Of a stretch of DNA of 64,000 bases, positions 9,711 to 19,965 are shown piece after piece (positions within the stretch are counted from its first letter, which is position 1; each line of letters begins with the position of its first letter). Under the pieces are notes generated by a model that was not told where the DNA came from, made no database searches, and saw only the letters and a list, made by a program, of their open reading frames with translations. Source of the stretch: Myxococcota bacterium (GTDB lineage: Bacteria; Myxococcota_A; UBA796; UBA2385); the NCBI GenBank assembly GCA_044344255.1, contig JBIJDH010000023.1, positions 64,001 through 128,000 of the forward strand. The letters run 5' to 3'. The translations under genes were made by a program, and so were the position numbers.

Positions 9711-12109
9711 GCGCATCGCTGCTGCTCGTGCTCGTGCTCGTGCTCGCGCTCGCGCTCGCCTGTGGCCCGGCCTCGGCGCAGGAGGCCGTCGGAGGGCCGC
9801 GGCTGCCGACCTTCCTGGAGGGGCCGTCGGCCGCTTATCCCCCCGCGGCGCAGGCCGCAGGGGCGACCGCGGTGGTCACCCTTCACCTCGACCTCGACCC
9901 TGCCGGGGCGGTCGTCGGCGCCCGCGCGCTCCCGCCCCCGCCGGGGGCCGTGGAGGGCCCCTTCGCCGGTGCCTTCGCCGAGTCGGCCCTGAGCGCGGCG
10001 CGCGGCCTCCGGTTTACGCCGGCCCTGAATGAGCGCGGCGAGGCGGTGCCGTGCACGATTGAATATCAGATCACCTTTCGACTGGACGCGGTCCCTGCGC
10101 CGCCGGCGGAGGAGGGGGCCCTCTCGACCATGGAGGGGTCGGCCGCCTCCGAGGGGGCCCTCGGGCGCGAGGGGCAGTCCATCGACGCCGAGCTCGTGGT
10201 GGAGGGGGAGCGCCGGCCCCCCGAGGTCACGGAGCGGGCGCTCGGCGCCGGTGACATCCGCCTGATGCCGGGCACGGGCGGCGACGTCGTGCGGGCCATC
10301 CAGGCCCTCCCCGGCGTGGCCCGCTCCCCCTTTGGGGCCGGGCAGCTCCTCGTGCGCGGCACCGGCGCGACCAACTCCTCCTTCAACCTCGATGGGCAGC
10401 CGCTCCCCGACGTCTTTCACTTCGGGGGCCTCGTCACGGTGGTCGCGCCCGAGGTCCTCGACGAGGCCGTGTTTCTGCCCGGGAATTTCGGCGTGCGGTA
10501 TGGCCGGGTGCTCGGCGGCGTGGTCGACCTCCGCACGGACGTCACCCTCCCCGCGCAGAGCCAGGGCTCGGCCTCTGTCGACCTGCTGCAGGCCGCCTTC
10601 TTCGAGGAGAAGCGCGTCAACGACCGCTGGGCCCTCTCCCTGTCGGCGCGCCGCAGCTATATCGACTCTGTCCTGGACCCCATCCTCGCGCGGGTGGGCG
10701 AGAGTAACACCCGCGTGCCCCGCTTCGGCGACGTGGTCGCCCGCGCGCTCCGGGTCGGCGAGGGCGGCGAGGTGCTCGACCTCGTCTTCCTCACCAGCTT
10801 TGACCGCAGCTCCTGGGACCTGCCCGACGAGGAGGACCCCGGCGCCTATCGCCACTCCAATTACGAGAGCCGCTTCACCCGCCTCTCGGCGCGCCACCTC
10901 CGGAGCCTGTCCGGGGGGTGGCAGCTCGAGGTCGCCGCGATGGGCGGCCCGGAGTCGAAGGAGGCGCAGTTCTTGGAGATCCAAGAGGCCTGGGACCGGG
11001 GCGCCCGCTATTCCTTGCGGACCGAGGTGGTGAAGGAGGTGCCGCCGGGCCGACAGCTCGGCTGGCGAGTCGGCGTAGAGGCCCTCGCGTACACCGAGGC
11101 GCTCTTCTACGGCATCCACGGGGTGAGCGGCTTCTACGCCTTCAAGGGGGGAGAGGCCGCCGAGGAGACCGTGCTCGCGCCCTCTGTCTATGTGGAGCAG
11201 ACCGAGCGGCTCGGCCCGCTTGACCTCAAGGCCGGCCTCCGCCTCGACCACACGCTGATGGTCGACACCTGGAGCGCCACCACCCTCGACCCGCGCCTGT
11301 CGGCCGAGCTCCACCTCGGGCCCTCCACCCGCGTGCACGCCAGCGGCGGTCGCTACTCTCAGCCCCCCACCGTGCGGCAGGTGGTCCCCCTCGCGCAGGG
11401 CAACCGCCACCTCGCCCCCGAGGAGGCGCTCAACCTGAGCCTCGGCCTCGAGCAGGACTGGGCGGACCAGGTCCACCTCGAGCTCACCGGCTACGCGGGC
11501 TGGCTCGATCAGCTCATCGTCGGCAAGGAGGACCACTTCAGCTTCATCCCGGCGCCGCCGCCCAACGGCGAGCTCGACACCGGGGACTACGCCAATGAGG
11601 GGAGTGGCCGGGTGCGCGGCCTCGAGGCCCTCGGGCGATACACCGGGGAGCGCACCACCGCCTGGCTGTCCTTGACCCTCTCCCGGTCGAGCCGAACCGG
11701 TCGAGAGGGGCAGGAGGAGCTCTTCACCTACGATCAGCCCTTCGTCGGCACCCTCGCCGGGAGCCGCGCCCTGCCGCGCCGGGTGACGGTGGGCCTCCGC
11801 GGGCGCTATGGCTCGGGCAACCCCTACTCGCTCGTCGCCAATCGGATCTATGACTTTGACCGACAGGGTTATGCCCCGCTCTACGGCGAGGCGGACACCG
11901 CCCGGATGCCCGCCTGGTGGTCCTTTGACGCGCGGATCGACAAGTCCTGGCCGCTCCGCCGCTGCGTGCTCTCCGCCTATGTGGACATCATGAACACGAC
12001 CAACCGGAAGAACGTCGAGCTCGTCACCTGGAGCGCCGACTACACGTCGCAGACGCCCATCTACGGCCTGCCCATCCTGCCCATCTTTGGGCTGCGGGGC
12101 GAGTGGTGA
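9707..12109 (+). CDS. TonB-dependent receptor with N-terminal TonB-C-like domain
   Basis: Signal peptide; AYP..A..G..AVV.L TonB-like region; plug motif MPGTGGDVVRAIQALPGV; C-terminal GLPILPIFGLRGEW barrel strand. Confidence 0.88.
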   Translation: MSASLLLVLVLVLALALACGPASAQEAVGGPRLPTFLEGPSAAYPPAAQAAGATAVVTLHLDLDPAGAVVGARALPPPPGAVEGPFAGAFAESALSAARGLRFTPALNERGEAVPCTIEYQITFRLDAVPAPPAEEGALSTMEGSAASEGALGREGQSIDAELVVEGERRPPEVTERALGAGDIRLMPGTGGDVVRAIQALPGVARSPFGAGQLLVRGTGATNSSFNLDGQPLPDVFHFGGLVTVVAPEVLDEAVFLPGNFGVRYGRVLGGVVDLRTDVTLPAQSQGSASVDLLQAAFFEEKRVNDRWALSLSARRSYIDSVLDPILARVGESNTRVPRFGDVVARALRVGEGGEVLDLVFLTSFDRSSWDLPDEEDPGAYRHSNYESRFTRLSARHLRSLSGGWQLEVAAMGGPESKEAQFLEIQEAWDRGARYSLRTEVVKEVPPGRQLGWRVGVEALAYTEALFYGIHGVSGFYAFKGGEAAEETVLAPSVYVEQTERLGPLDLKAGLRLDHTLMVDTWSATTLDPRLSAELHLGPSTRVHASGGRYSQPPTVRQVVPLAQGNRHLAPEEALNLSLGLEQDWADQVHLELTGYAGWLDQLIVGKEDHFSFIPAPPPNGELDTGDYANEGSGRVRGLEALGRYTGERTTAWLSLTLSRSSRTGREGQEELFTYDQPFVGTLAGSRALPRRVTVGLRGRYGSGNPYSLVANRIYDFDRQGYAPLYGEADTARMPAWWSFDARIDKSWPLRRCVLSAYVDIMNTTNRKNVELVTWSADYTSQTPIYGLPILPIFGLRGEW

Positions 12110-13005
12110 CGGGGCGGGTGGTGACGGGGCGAGTGGCCGCGGTCTTGCCGCTGCTCGCCCTCTCGGCCGGGGCCTGCTCCGCCCGCGGCGAGGACCGCAG
12201 CCTCATCGAGAGCCTGCGGGTGGTCGCCACCACCGCGGCCCCCTACACCGGCCCGCCGGGCGCCCCGGTGGAGCTCGTGGTCTACACCGCCGACCCCGCC
12301 CGTGAGGACTTCGAGCTCCTCGTCTGGACCTGCACCCCCTCGGTGAGCCCCTGCGCCGAGGCCGCGCTCCCCGCCTTCTCGGACTGGGTTCGGGTGGTGC
12401 CGCCGGAGGAGACCCGTCGAGAGACCCCCCTCTCCTGGACCCTCCCCGACGTCGGCGCGGCGGGCACTGACCCCCTCACCGGTGAGCAGGGTGTCCCCCT
12501 CTGGGTCCTCGCCTGCTCACCGGGGCGCTGCCCGATCGTGGCCGAGGCCCAGCGCCAGCTCGAGGCCGGCGAGGGGCCGAGCCTCTCCCTCCTCCAGGCG
12601 CTGTCGGCGCCCGACCTCTGGCTGGCCGAGCTCCCCCTCGAGGGCACCAGCCTCGGCGCCCGGGTGCTGCCCCTGTCCCTCGAGGGGGAGGCGGTGGCCA
12701 GCCTCTCGGTGACGCCGCACTTCGAGGCCGCGAGCACAGACCCGATGGCGCTCGAGGGCGGACAGACCCTCAAGATGAGCCTCATCACCGAGGGCACCGG
12801 CCACGGCCGGCCGCTCTACAGCCGGGTCTTCACCACCCTCGGCTCGGCCTATCCGAGCTTCCTGCACACCGACGGGGGGCCGCTCCAGTCCGGGCTCACG
12901 ATCCCCGAGGAGGGCGGTGAGGGCGAGGTCTTCGTCGTCTCGATGGTGGGCGACGCCCTCTACGGGCCGATCGGCGCCTGGTCGAGCGCGGTCACCGTCG
13001 ACTGA
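12103..13005 (+). CDS. Hypothetical lipoprotein coupled to the TonB-dependent receptor
   Basis: AGAC lipobox, SLIESLRVVA N-terminal motif; overlaps the receptor stop. Confidence 0.7.
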   Translation: MVTGRVVTGRVAAVLPLLALSAGACSARGEDRSLIESLRVVATTAAPYTGPPGAPVELVVYTADPAREDFELLVWTCTPSVSPCAEAALPAFSDWVRVVPPEETRRETPLSWTLPDVGAAGTDPLTGEQGVPLWVLACSPGRCPIVAEAQRQLEAGEGPSLSLLQALSAPDLWLAELPLEGTSLGARVLPLSLEGEAVASLSVTPHFEAASTDPMALEGGQTLKMSLITEGTGHGRPLYSRVFTTLGSAYPSFLHTDGGPLQSGLTIPEEGGEGEVFVVSMVGDALYGPIGAWSSAVTVD

Positions 13006-13017
13006 GCCTCGACTGGG

Positions 13018-14853
13018 TCAGTCCACGCTCTCTTCGACCGCGCCGGGCGGCCACCCGTAAAAGACCGACGCGCCGCCTGGCTCCTCACTGCGGTCGTCGC
13101 CGAGGGTGAACAGCAGGTCGGGCGACCCGTCGGCGTTGAGGTCACCCGGCGCGGTGGCGGAGAGGCCGGTGACGCTGCCGGTGAATTCGCCGCCGAAGGA
13201 GCCCTGGAAGAGCGCATCGACCGACAGGTTGCCGACGAGGTCGCCCGGCCAGACGTACGCGAGGCCCGCCGGGCTGGCGGCGGTCACCGGCCCGCGCGGC
13301 GCCGCGGCCACGGCGTCGTTTACGCCGTCGCGGTCAAAGTCGCCGGGGCAGAGCACGGCGCTCCCGAGCCGGTCCCCGTCGGTGGTGCCCTCGGCGCGCA
13401 GCTCGGCCGCGGCGACCGACAGGCTTCCCGTGATCCCGGCCAGCGAGCCGGCCCCCCAGAGGGCCCAGACCGCGCCGCGGCTCGTGGTGGACCCGGTGGG
13501 GCCGGGGCCGCCGATGAGGATGTCGAGGAGGCCGTCACCATCGAGCTCTCCGGCGGCGATGGCGGCGCCCGCTCGCGCGCCGGGCTCGTCTCCCACGATG
13601 ACCACCCGCGCGTCCTCCAGGCGGGTGTCTGGGTCGAGGGGCCCCGCGAAGACATAGACCGAGCCCGGGAGCGTGCCGTCCCCTTCGCCGGGCGCGCCGA
13701 CGATCAGCTCGGGGAGGCCGTCGCCGTCGAGGTCGCCGACGGTGAGCGCCGCGCCGAGCTCCGTCGCCGCGCCCTCGGCCACGAGGGAGAGGCGGGGGCC
13801 GGTCGCGCTGAGCAGGGGCCCCGCGAAGAGGGCCACACGGTCGGCCCCGCGGCCGCTGGTGACGACGTCATCGACTCCATCGGCGGTGAGATCGACCCCG
13901 GCGCGGAGCCGCTCGCCCAGGCCCTCGCCGGCCGCTCCCGGGAGCGCCACCTCGGCGTCGTCGCTGGTCATTGCGCCGGAGAAGGGGCCGGCGAAGAGCA
14001 GCAGCGCCCCCTCGCCGCCTGCGCCGTGCCCCGGCGCGCCGAGGAGGAGGTCGCCCTGGCCGTCCCCGTCGAGGTCAGCCGCCCCGATGGCCGCGCCCAG
14101 CCGCTCCGGCGCCTCGGCCACCTCGCGGAGCTGCGCCAAGGCGGCTTCGGTCACCGCGAGCAGGTCCACCCCCCGCTTGGGGGCGAGGGGGACGACGAAG
14201 AAGCTGCGCGGCCCGTCCTCGGCGAGCGGATCGTCTCCGAGCCGGAGCGAGAGGCCGAGCTCCGCGGCGCCGTCCCCGTCGAGGTCACCGACCGGCTCGA
14301 CCACCGCGCCATAGGCGCCGACCGCCTCGGCGTGGAGCCAGGTGCCGAATTGCCACTTGGCGTCGAAGTGGCCCGACCAGGCGCAGGTCCGGGCGAGGCC
14401 GTCGCAGCTCCGATCGAAGCCGGCGTTACAGGCCTCGCGCTGGGCGGGGCTGACCTGATCGTCCTCATCGTCACAGTCGCCGCTCACCGCCAGATGGGCC
14501 TCAGGCGCGTCGCAGACCTGCACCGCGCCCTCCGCTGCGCCATAGTGGTCCCCGTCGGTGTCGGGGTACCAGATGGGGACGAGGCCGTCGGCCTCATCGA
14601 CCTCCCCGTCGCAGTCGTTGTCGAAGCCGTCGCAGTCTTCGGGCTCCGACGGGCTGGCGAGCGGCTGCTCGTCGTCGCAGTCCTCTTCGTCGAGCCAGCC
14701 GTCTTCGTCTCGGTCGACGAAGGTGGGCAAGGTAGGTTGGGGGCAGCCGAGGGCCCAGCGCGCGCAGGCGGTGTCGCCGCAGCCGGTGAGGGCCGAGAGC
14801 AGGGCGACCGGGAGCGTGAGGGATTTGAGGGAGAGGGCTCGGGCCGTCCGCAT
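13018..14853 (-). CDS. Lipoprotein with MopE-type repeats and FG-GAP propeller
   Basis: Start MRTARALS at 14853; LTGC lipobox; DCDD..E.CDG.DNDCDG; several GDLDGDG..ELxVGAP repeats. Confidence 0.85.
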   Translation of the reverse strand: MRTARALSLKSLTLPVALLSALTGCGDTACARWALGCPQPTLPTFVDRDEDGWLDEEDCDDEQPLASPSEPEDCDGFDNDCDGEVDEADGLVPIWYPDTDGDHYGAAEGAVQVCDAPEAHLAVSGDCDDEDDQVSPAQREACNAGFDRSCDGLARTCAWSGHFDAKWQFGTWLHAEAVGAYGAVVEPVGDLDGDGAAELGLSLRLGDDPLAEDGPRSFFVVPLAPKRGVDLLAVTEAALAQLREVAEAPERLGAAIGAADLDGDGQGDLLLGAPGHGAGGEGALLLFAGPFSGAMTSDDAEVALPGAAGEGLGERLRAGVDLTADGVDDVVTSGRGADRVALFAGPLLSATGPRLSLVAEGAATELGAALTVGDLDGDGLPELIVGAPGEGDGTLPGSVYVFAGPLDPDTRLEDARVVIVGDEPGARAGAAIAAGELDGDGLLDILIGGPGPTGSTTSRGAVWALWGAGSLAGITGSLSVAAAELRAEGTTDGDRLGSAVLCPGDFDRDGVNDAVAAAPRGPVTAASPAGLAYVWPGDLVGNLSVDALFQGSFGGEFTGSVTGLSATAPGDLNADGSPDLLFTLGDDRSEEPGGASVFYGWPPGAVEESVD

Positions 14854-14864
14854 CGATTCGACCC

Positions 14865-16388
14865 TCAGTAGCGGCGTTGGAGGCGGAGGCTGGCGCCCGT
14901 CGTGGGGCCCTCGTCTTGGAGGCCCCCCGAGAGGTCGAGGGCGGTGAGCCAGTCGCCGAAGCGAGCCTCGGCCCCCGCCGAGAGGGCGGCCCCGAGCGAG
15001 ACCGGCACGAAGGCCTCGACCGCCCCGCCGAGCACCGGCCGGAGATCGGCCTCGACCCACGACCAGCGGGCGCCGAGGGACAGGTGATAGAGCTGGCGGT
15101 CCGACCAGTCCGGATAGAGGTTGTAGGGGAGGTCAGCCCGGACGAGGCCGAGCTTGCCCTCGAGCGTGATCGGGCCCGCTGGCCCGCCGATCACGAGGTC
15201 AAGGGCGCCGTGACGGCGATCGACCATGCCGGTGTAGCCGACCGACAGGCCGGCGGAGAGGCGATCGCTCGGGGCGAGGGCGGCCATCGGCTCGGCGGCG
15301 GGCGACTCGGTGAAACGGCGGAGCGCGGGGTCAAAGGTGACGAGCCGGACCCGCTGGCCCCTCGGCGGCAGGGTCGCCTCCCGCTTCGCCTCATGCTCGG
15401 CGAGGATCACGGCCTCGGCGGTGGCGGGCAGGAGGTCGCCGGTGTCGAGCAGGGCCCCTGCGGCGGCGGCGGGCCGGGTGGCGGGGGCGGGCCCGATGGT
15501 CAGGGCCGGCAGCGGGCGGAGGCCGTCGCGCGGCTCCACCCGGAGCAGGCGGAGGGACTGGAGCCCGCGCCGCTCGCACCAGTCGACCAGGAGGTCGAGG
15601 ATGGGGTCGGGGGCGGCGTGGCTGTCGAAGGCGCCCACGAGCGCCCGCCAGGCCCCCTCGGCGGTGGGGAGCCCGTCGAGGTCGAGCAGGACGCGGCTCT
15701 GTCGCTCGGCGAGCACCGGCACCTCCGCCGCCCAGGTCCGGAGGCCTCCCGGGAGCCGCGCGGTGAGGCGGTGGGCGCCGGGCAGGAGCGCGACCTCCAC
15801 CGACCCCGGTGGCAGCCGCCGCCCATCGACGGAGACCAAGGCGCCATCGGGCACCTGGGCGAGGACGAGCGTCCCCCGCCCGCCCGCGGCGAGGCTCCGG
15901 AGCGCGCTCGACCAGGCCGCCTCCAGCGCAGGGTCGGGCAGGGGCAGCGGCGGGGCCCGGCCGTCGACCACCGCCGCCGCCTGCTGGAGGGACAGGGTCG
16001 CCGCCCCCTCGGCCCCGCGGTGGAGCTCGGCCGCGCCGCGGAGGACGAGGAGCGAGAAGAGCGTGGCCTCGTCGACGGCGCCCGGCCAGCGGCGGAGCGC
16101 GTCCTCCGCCGCCGTGGTGGCCTGAGCGACCGCGCGCCACTCGCCGGCCCGCGCCGCCACCCCGGCCTCCGCGAGGGCGAGGGCGAGGCGGTCATCCTGG
16201 TCGGAGCCGTCGGCCCAGCCGTCGCTGTCCTGCACGAGCAGGCTGTCGAGGGTGGACAGCGCGCGCCCGCCCGCCGCGCCGACAGACTCGACATAGGCCA
16301 GATCGGCCTCACAGGCCTCTGGGCTGTCACAGACCAGGAGGGCGGCCTCGCCGGCGCGGGCCAGGGAGAGGCTCAGGAGGAGGAGCAT
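14865..16388 (-). CDS. Secreted PEGA-like protein with putative C-terminal beta-barrel (paralogue 1)
   Basis: Signal peptide; VPDGALVSVDG..LLPGAHRL PEGA-like motif; alternating beta-strands ending LRLQRRY. Confidence 0.7.
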   Translation of the reverse strand: MLLLLSLSLARAGEAALLVCDSPEACEADLAYVESVGAAGGRALSTLDSLLVQDSDGWADGSDQDDRLALALAEAGVAARAGEWRAVAQATTAAEDALRRWPGAVDEATLFSLLVLRGAAELHRGAEGAATLSLQQAAAVVDGRAPPLPLPDPALEAAWSSALRSLAAGGRGTLVLAQVPDGALVSVDGRRLPPGSVEVALLPGAHRLTARLPGGLRTWAAEVPVLAERQSRVLLDLDGLPTAEGAWRALVGAFDSHAAPDPILDLLVDWCERRGLQSLRLLRVEPRDGLRPLPALTIGPAPATRPAAAAGALLDTGDLLPATAEAVILAEHEAKREATLPPRGQRVRLVTFDPALRRFTESPAAEPMAALAPSDRLSAGLSVGYTGMVDRRHGALDLVIGGPAGPITLEGKLGLVRADLPYNLYPDWSDRQLYHLSLGARWSWVEADLRPVLGGAVEAFVPVSLGAALSAGAEARFGDWLTALDLSGGLQDEGPTTGASLRLQRRY

Positions 16389-17722
16389 GGGCCTCGGCCC
16401 GGGGCGCGGCGCCGCCGCCGCAGGAGGGCAGCGGCGAGCAGGAGGGCGCTCGTCGCGGCGGGCGCGGCGGGCGCGGTGGCGCAGCTCCAGCCGAGGTAGT
16501 CCTCGGGGCGGCCGTCGCAGTCGTTGTCCACCGCGTCGTTGAGCTCGGGGGCGCCGGGGAAGATGCGCCCGTCGCGGTCGTCACAGTCGCCCTCGTCCTC
16601 CGACCAGCCGTCGAGGTCGTCGTCGAAGCCCTCCGTGCCCTCGTCCACCACGCCGTCACAGTCGTTGTCGAGGTCATCCCACCGCTCGGGGGCGCCCGCG
16701 GAGACCGTGGGGTCCTCGTCAGAGCAGTCGCCCTCCGCCTCGCTCTGGCCGTCGCCGTCGTCGTCGGAGACCGCCGTGTCCTCGTCGATCTCCGCGTCGC
16801 AGTCCTGGTCCTGTCCGTCGGCCACCTCGGGGGCGCCGGGGTAGGTCGCGCGGTCGGCGTCGTCGCAGTCGCCCTCCTCCTCGGACCAGCCGTCGCCGTC
16901 GTCGTCGTGGACGAGCGTGCCCTCGTCGACCAGCCCGTCGCAGTCGTTGTCGAGCCCGTCCCCGTCCTCGGCGGCGTCGGGGCTCCGGGCGGCGTTTGTA
17001 TCGTCGCAGTCGCCCTCGTCCTCGGCGTAGCCGTCGTGGTCGTCGTCGGAGCCGTCGGTGTCCTCGTCTGTGGCGCCGTCGCAGTCATTGTCGAGTCCGT
17101 CCTCGAGCTCGGCGGCCCCGGGCCAGATCCAGGCGTTGCCGTCGTCGCAGTCGCCCTCCCCTTCGGTCCAGCCGTCGCCGTCGTCGTCGAAGGCCTCCGT
17201 CTCCTCGTCGGTCAGGCCGTCGCAGTCCTGGTCGAAGCCGTCCACCGCCTCGGCGGCGCCGGGGTGGGTGGCCGCCGCGCCGTCGTCGCAGTCGCCCTCC
17301 GCCTCGGTCCAGCCGTCGCCGTCGTCGTCGTAGGCGGCGGTGTGATCGTCGATGAGCCCGTCGCAGCTGTTGTCGAGGCCGTCCTCCCACTCATAAGCGC
17401 CGGGGTACGACAGGGGGTTCGTGTCGTCGCAGTCGCCCAGGTCCTCCGACCAGCCGTCGCTGTCGTCGTCGTAGACGCGGGTGCCCTCGTCCACCATGAA
17501 GTCGCAGTCGTTGTCGATGCCATCGGCGACCTCGACGGCGCTCGGGGAGATGTCGGGGGCGGTGTCGTCGCAGTCGCCGGCCTCGTCGGGCCAGCCGTCG
17601 CCGTCGAGGTCTGCGGCGGCGGCGGGGCGCGCGGTGAGGAGCGAGAGGAGTCCGAGGAGGAGCCCGAGCCGGAGCCCGAGGAGGAGCCCGCTCCGCGGCA
17701 GGAGGGCCGGCGGGGCCCTCAT
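16373..17722 (-). CDS. Surface protein of eight 47-aa MopE-type repeats with MYXO-CTERM-like tail
   Basis: DDDGDGWxExEGDCDD...DNDCDG repeats; C-terminal SC-linker, hydrophobic helix, RRRRR; ATGA overlap with the upstream gene. Confidence 0.85.
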   Translation of the reverse strand: MRAPPALLPRSGLLLGLRLGLLLGLLSLLTARPAAAADLDGDGWPDEAGDCDDTAPDISPSAVEVADGIDNDCDFMVDEGTRVYDDDSDGWSEDLGDCDDTNPLSYPGAYEWEDGLDNSCDGLIDDHTAAYDDDGDGWTEAEGDCDDGAAATHPGAAEAVDGFDQDCDGLTDEETEAFDDDGDGWTEGEGDCDDGNAWIWPGAAELEDGLDNDCDGATDEDTDGSDDDHDGYAEDEGDCDDTNAARSPDAAEDGDGLDNDCDGLVDEGTLVHDDDGDGWSEEEGDCDDADRATYPGAPEVADGQDQDCDAEIDEDTAVSDDDGDGQSEAEGDCSDEDPTVSAGAPERWDDLDNDCDGVVDEGTEGFDDDLDGWSEDEGDCDDRDGRIFPGAPELNDAVDNDCDGRPEDYLGWSCATAPAAPAATSALLLAAALLRRRRRAPGRGPCSSS

Positions 17723-19965
17723 CGACGTCGCCGTCCGGCGGAGAGGAGACGTCGCCGCCCGGCGGAGAGGAGGAGCCCGATGAGCAGGAGGCCGCCGCCC
17801 GCCCCGCCCGCCCCGCCCGCCCGCGGCGCGGCGCTGCACGATGCGGCGAACCAGCCCTCCGGCCCGTCCACGTGGCCGTCACAGTTCCGGTCCCCATCGC
17901 CCGGGGCCTCGGCGGCGCCCGGGTGGGTGAGCGGGTCGCCGTCGTCGCAGTCGCCCGCCTCCTCGGTGAGGCCGTCGGCGTCGTCGTCCCAGATCGGGGT
18001 CTCGTCGTCGATGAGGCCGTCGCAGTCGTTGTCCTGGCCGTCCACCCGCTCGGGGAAGCCGGGGCCGACCTCGGGGCGGCCGTCGTCGCAGTCGTGCTCC
18101 CACTCGCTCAGGCCGTCGCCGTCGTCGTCGTAGGCGAGGGTGCCCTCGTCGGTGGCGCCGTCGCAGTCGTCGTCCTGGCCGTTCGGCGCCTCCTCCGCGT
18201 CGGGCCAGACGGCGGCGCTGCGATCCTCACAGTCGCCGGCGTCTTCGGTCCACCCGTCGTGGTCGTCGTCGAACCGGTCGGTGCGGTTGTCGACGATGAA
18301 GTCGCAGTCGTCGTCCTCGTCGTTCGGCAGCTCCTCGGCGAGCGGATAGGCGACGGCGCGGTCGTCGTCGCAGTCCCCGTCGTCTTCACTCCAGCCGTCA
18401 CCGTCGTCGTCGAAGGCGCGGGTGCCGTCGTCGGCGAGCCCGTTGCAGTCGTTGTCCTCGCCGTCGGGCTGCTCGGGGGCGCCGGGGAAGGCGAGGCGGC
18501 TCTGGTCGTCGCAGTCGCCCTGGTCTTCACTCCAGCCGTCGCCGTCGTCGTCCCAGTGGGCGGTGCCTTCGTCGATGAGGCCGTCACAGTCTTCGTCGCC
18601 GGGGAGCCCAGACTCCTCACCGGCGGTCTCGTCACCGGTCGGGTGGGCGGCGGGGTCGCGGTCGTCACAGTCGCCCTGGTCTTCACTCCAGCCGTCGCCG
18701 TCGTCGTCGACGGCGCGGGTCCCCTCGTCGATGAGCGCGTCGCAGTCGTCGTCCTCACCGTCCGCCATCTCGGGGGCCTCGGGGTAGGTGAAGCCGTCTT
18801 GGTCGTCGCAGTCGCCCTGGTCCTCCGACCAGCCGTCGTGGTCATCGTCGTAAGCGGCGGTGCCTTCGTCTACCCGGCCGTCGCAGTCGTTGTCGATGCC
18901 GTCGAGCACCTCGAGCGCGCCGGGGTGAATGTCCTCGTTCAGGTCTTCGCAGTCGCCGTCGCAGGTGCGGTAGCCGTCGAGGTCGAGCTCGTAGCCCTCG
19001 TCGATGTCTCCCGCACAGTCATTGTCCTCGCCGTCACACAGCTCGGGCGCGCCGGGGTAGCTGTGGTCATTGGTGTCGTTGCAGTCGTCGTCGTTCTCGA
19101 CCCAGCCAGCCGGGGTGGTGCAGGCACGATCGGGCACGGCGGGGTCTCCGTAGCTGTCCCCGTCGGCGTCGATCCAGACGTCGTGCGCGTCGATGGCGTC
19201 GCGACCGTCGGTGGAGCCGTCGCAATTGTCGTCCTTGCCGTTACACCACTCGTCGGCGCCGGGGTGAACGGCGCTGTCCGCGTCATTACAGTCGTCGGTG
19301 GCGGTGTAACCGTCGCCGTCCGCGTCGACGGCGCCGCAGGTGAGGTCGGGGATCGATCGATAGGCCCCCTGGTTGTTCCAGCGGGTGGAGGAGGCGCCGC
19401 AAGGGCCGGCGAAGGGCTCGACCGAGGTGGAGGAGCTCGACCCGCTGCGGGGCTCGAAGTGGAGGTGGGGGCCGGTGCTGTTGCCCGAGGAGCCCACCTC
19501 GCCGAGCTTCTGTCCACAGGAGACGGTCTGGCCGCTGCTCACGGCCACCGTCCAGATCTTCATGTGGCAGTACATCGTGCGCATGCCGTCAGCGTGCTGA
19601 AGGATGGCGTAGTTGCCACAGCCGCCCCCACCGCCGCAGGCGCCGGTGGTGCAGGCGTCGAACTCCCCGTCGTGGGCGGTGGTGACGGTGCCGTCTGCCG
19701 CCGCGGTGATGTCGCGGCCGACGGCCATGCTCGACCAGCCGCCGATGGCGAAGTCTGTCCCCTTGTGGCCGGAGTAGTAGACCGAGCCGCAATTCCAGTC
19801 CTGCCCGCCCTCGTCCCGATAGGCGGAGGGATAGAAGGCGCCGGCGTCGGCGGTCGTGCTGGGGAAGGAGTAGGACTGGGCCTGCGCGGCCCCCGAAGCC
19901 AAGCCCGAAGCCAAGATGGACAGGAGGGGCAGGCCCAAAGACAGGGCGAGGCGGAGGCGCGTCAT
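17719..19965 (-). CDS. M23 metallopeptidase with ~10 MopE-type repeats and MYXO-CTERM-like tail
   Basis: HKGTDF (HxxxD), YCHM, VGSSGNSTGPHLHFE; start MTRLRLAL at 19965; tail SCSAAP...GLLLIGLLLSAGRRR. Confidence 0.88.
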   Translation of the reverse strand: MTRLRLALSLGLPLLSILASGLASGAAQAQSYSFPSTTADAGAFYPSAYRDEGGQDWNCGSVYYSGHKGTDFAIGGWSSMAVGRDITAAADGTVTTAHDGEFDACTTGACGGGGGCGNYAILQHADGMRTMYCHMKIWTVAVSSGQTVSCGQKLGEVGSSGNSTGPHLHFEPRSGSSSSTSVEPFAGPCGASSTRWNNQGAYRSIPDLTCGAVDADGDGYTATDDCNDADSAVHPGADEWCNGKDDNCDGSTDGRDAIDAHDVWIDADGDSYGDPAVPDRACTTPAGWVENDDDCNDTNDHSYPGAPELCDGEDNDCAGDIDEGYELDLDGYRTCDGDCEDLNEDIHPGALEVLDGIDNDCDGRVDEGTAAYDDDHDGWSEDQGDCDDQDGFTYPEAPEMADGEDDDCDALIDEGTRAVDDDGDGWSEDQGDCDDRDPAAHPTGDETAGEESGLPGDEDCDGLIDEGTAHWDDDGDGWSEDQGDCDDQSRLAFPGAPEQPDGEDNDCNGLADDGTRAFDDDGDGWSEDDGDCDDDRAVAYPLAEELPNDEDDDCDFIVDNRTDRFDDDHDGWTEDAGDCEDRSAAVWPDAEEAPNGQDDDCDGATDEGTLAYDDDGDGLSEWEHDCDDGRPEVGPGFPERVDGQDNDCDGLIDDETPIWDDDADGLTEEAGDCDDGDPLTHPGAAEAPGDGDRNCDGHVDGPEGWFAASCSAAPRAGGAGGAGGGLLLIGLLLSAGRRRLLSAGRRRR

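Noticed and set aside
16500..19330. 141-bp periodic repeats as CRISPR or a mobile array
   Set aside because: They are coding MopE-type repeats with variation at synonymous positions.
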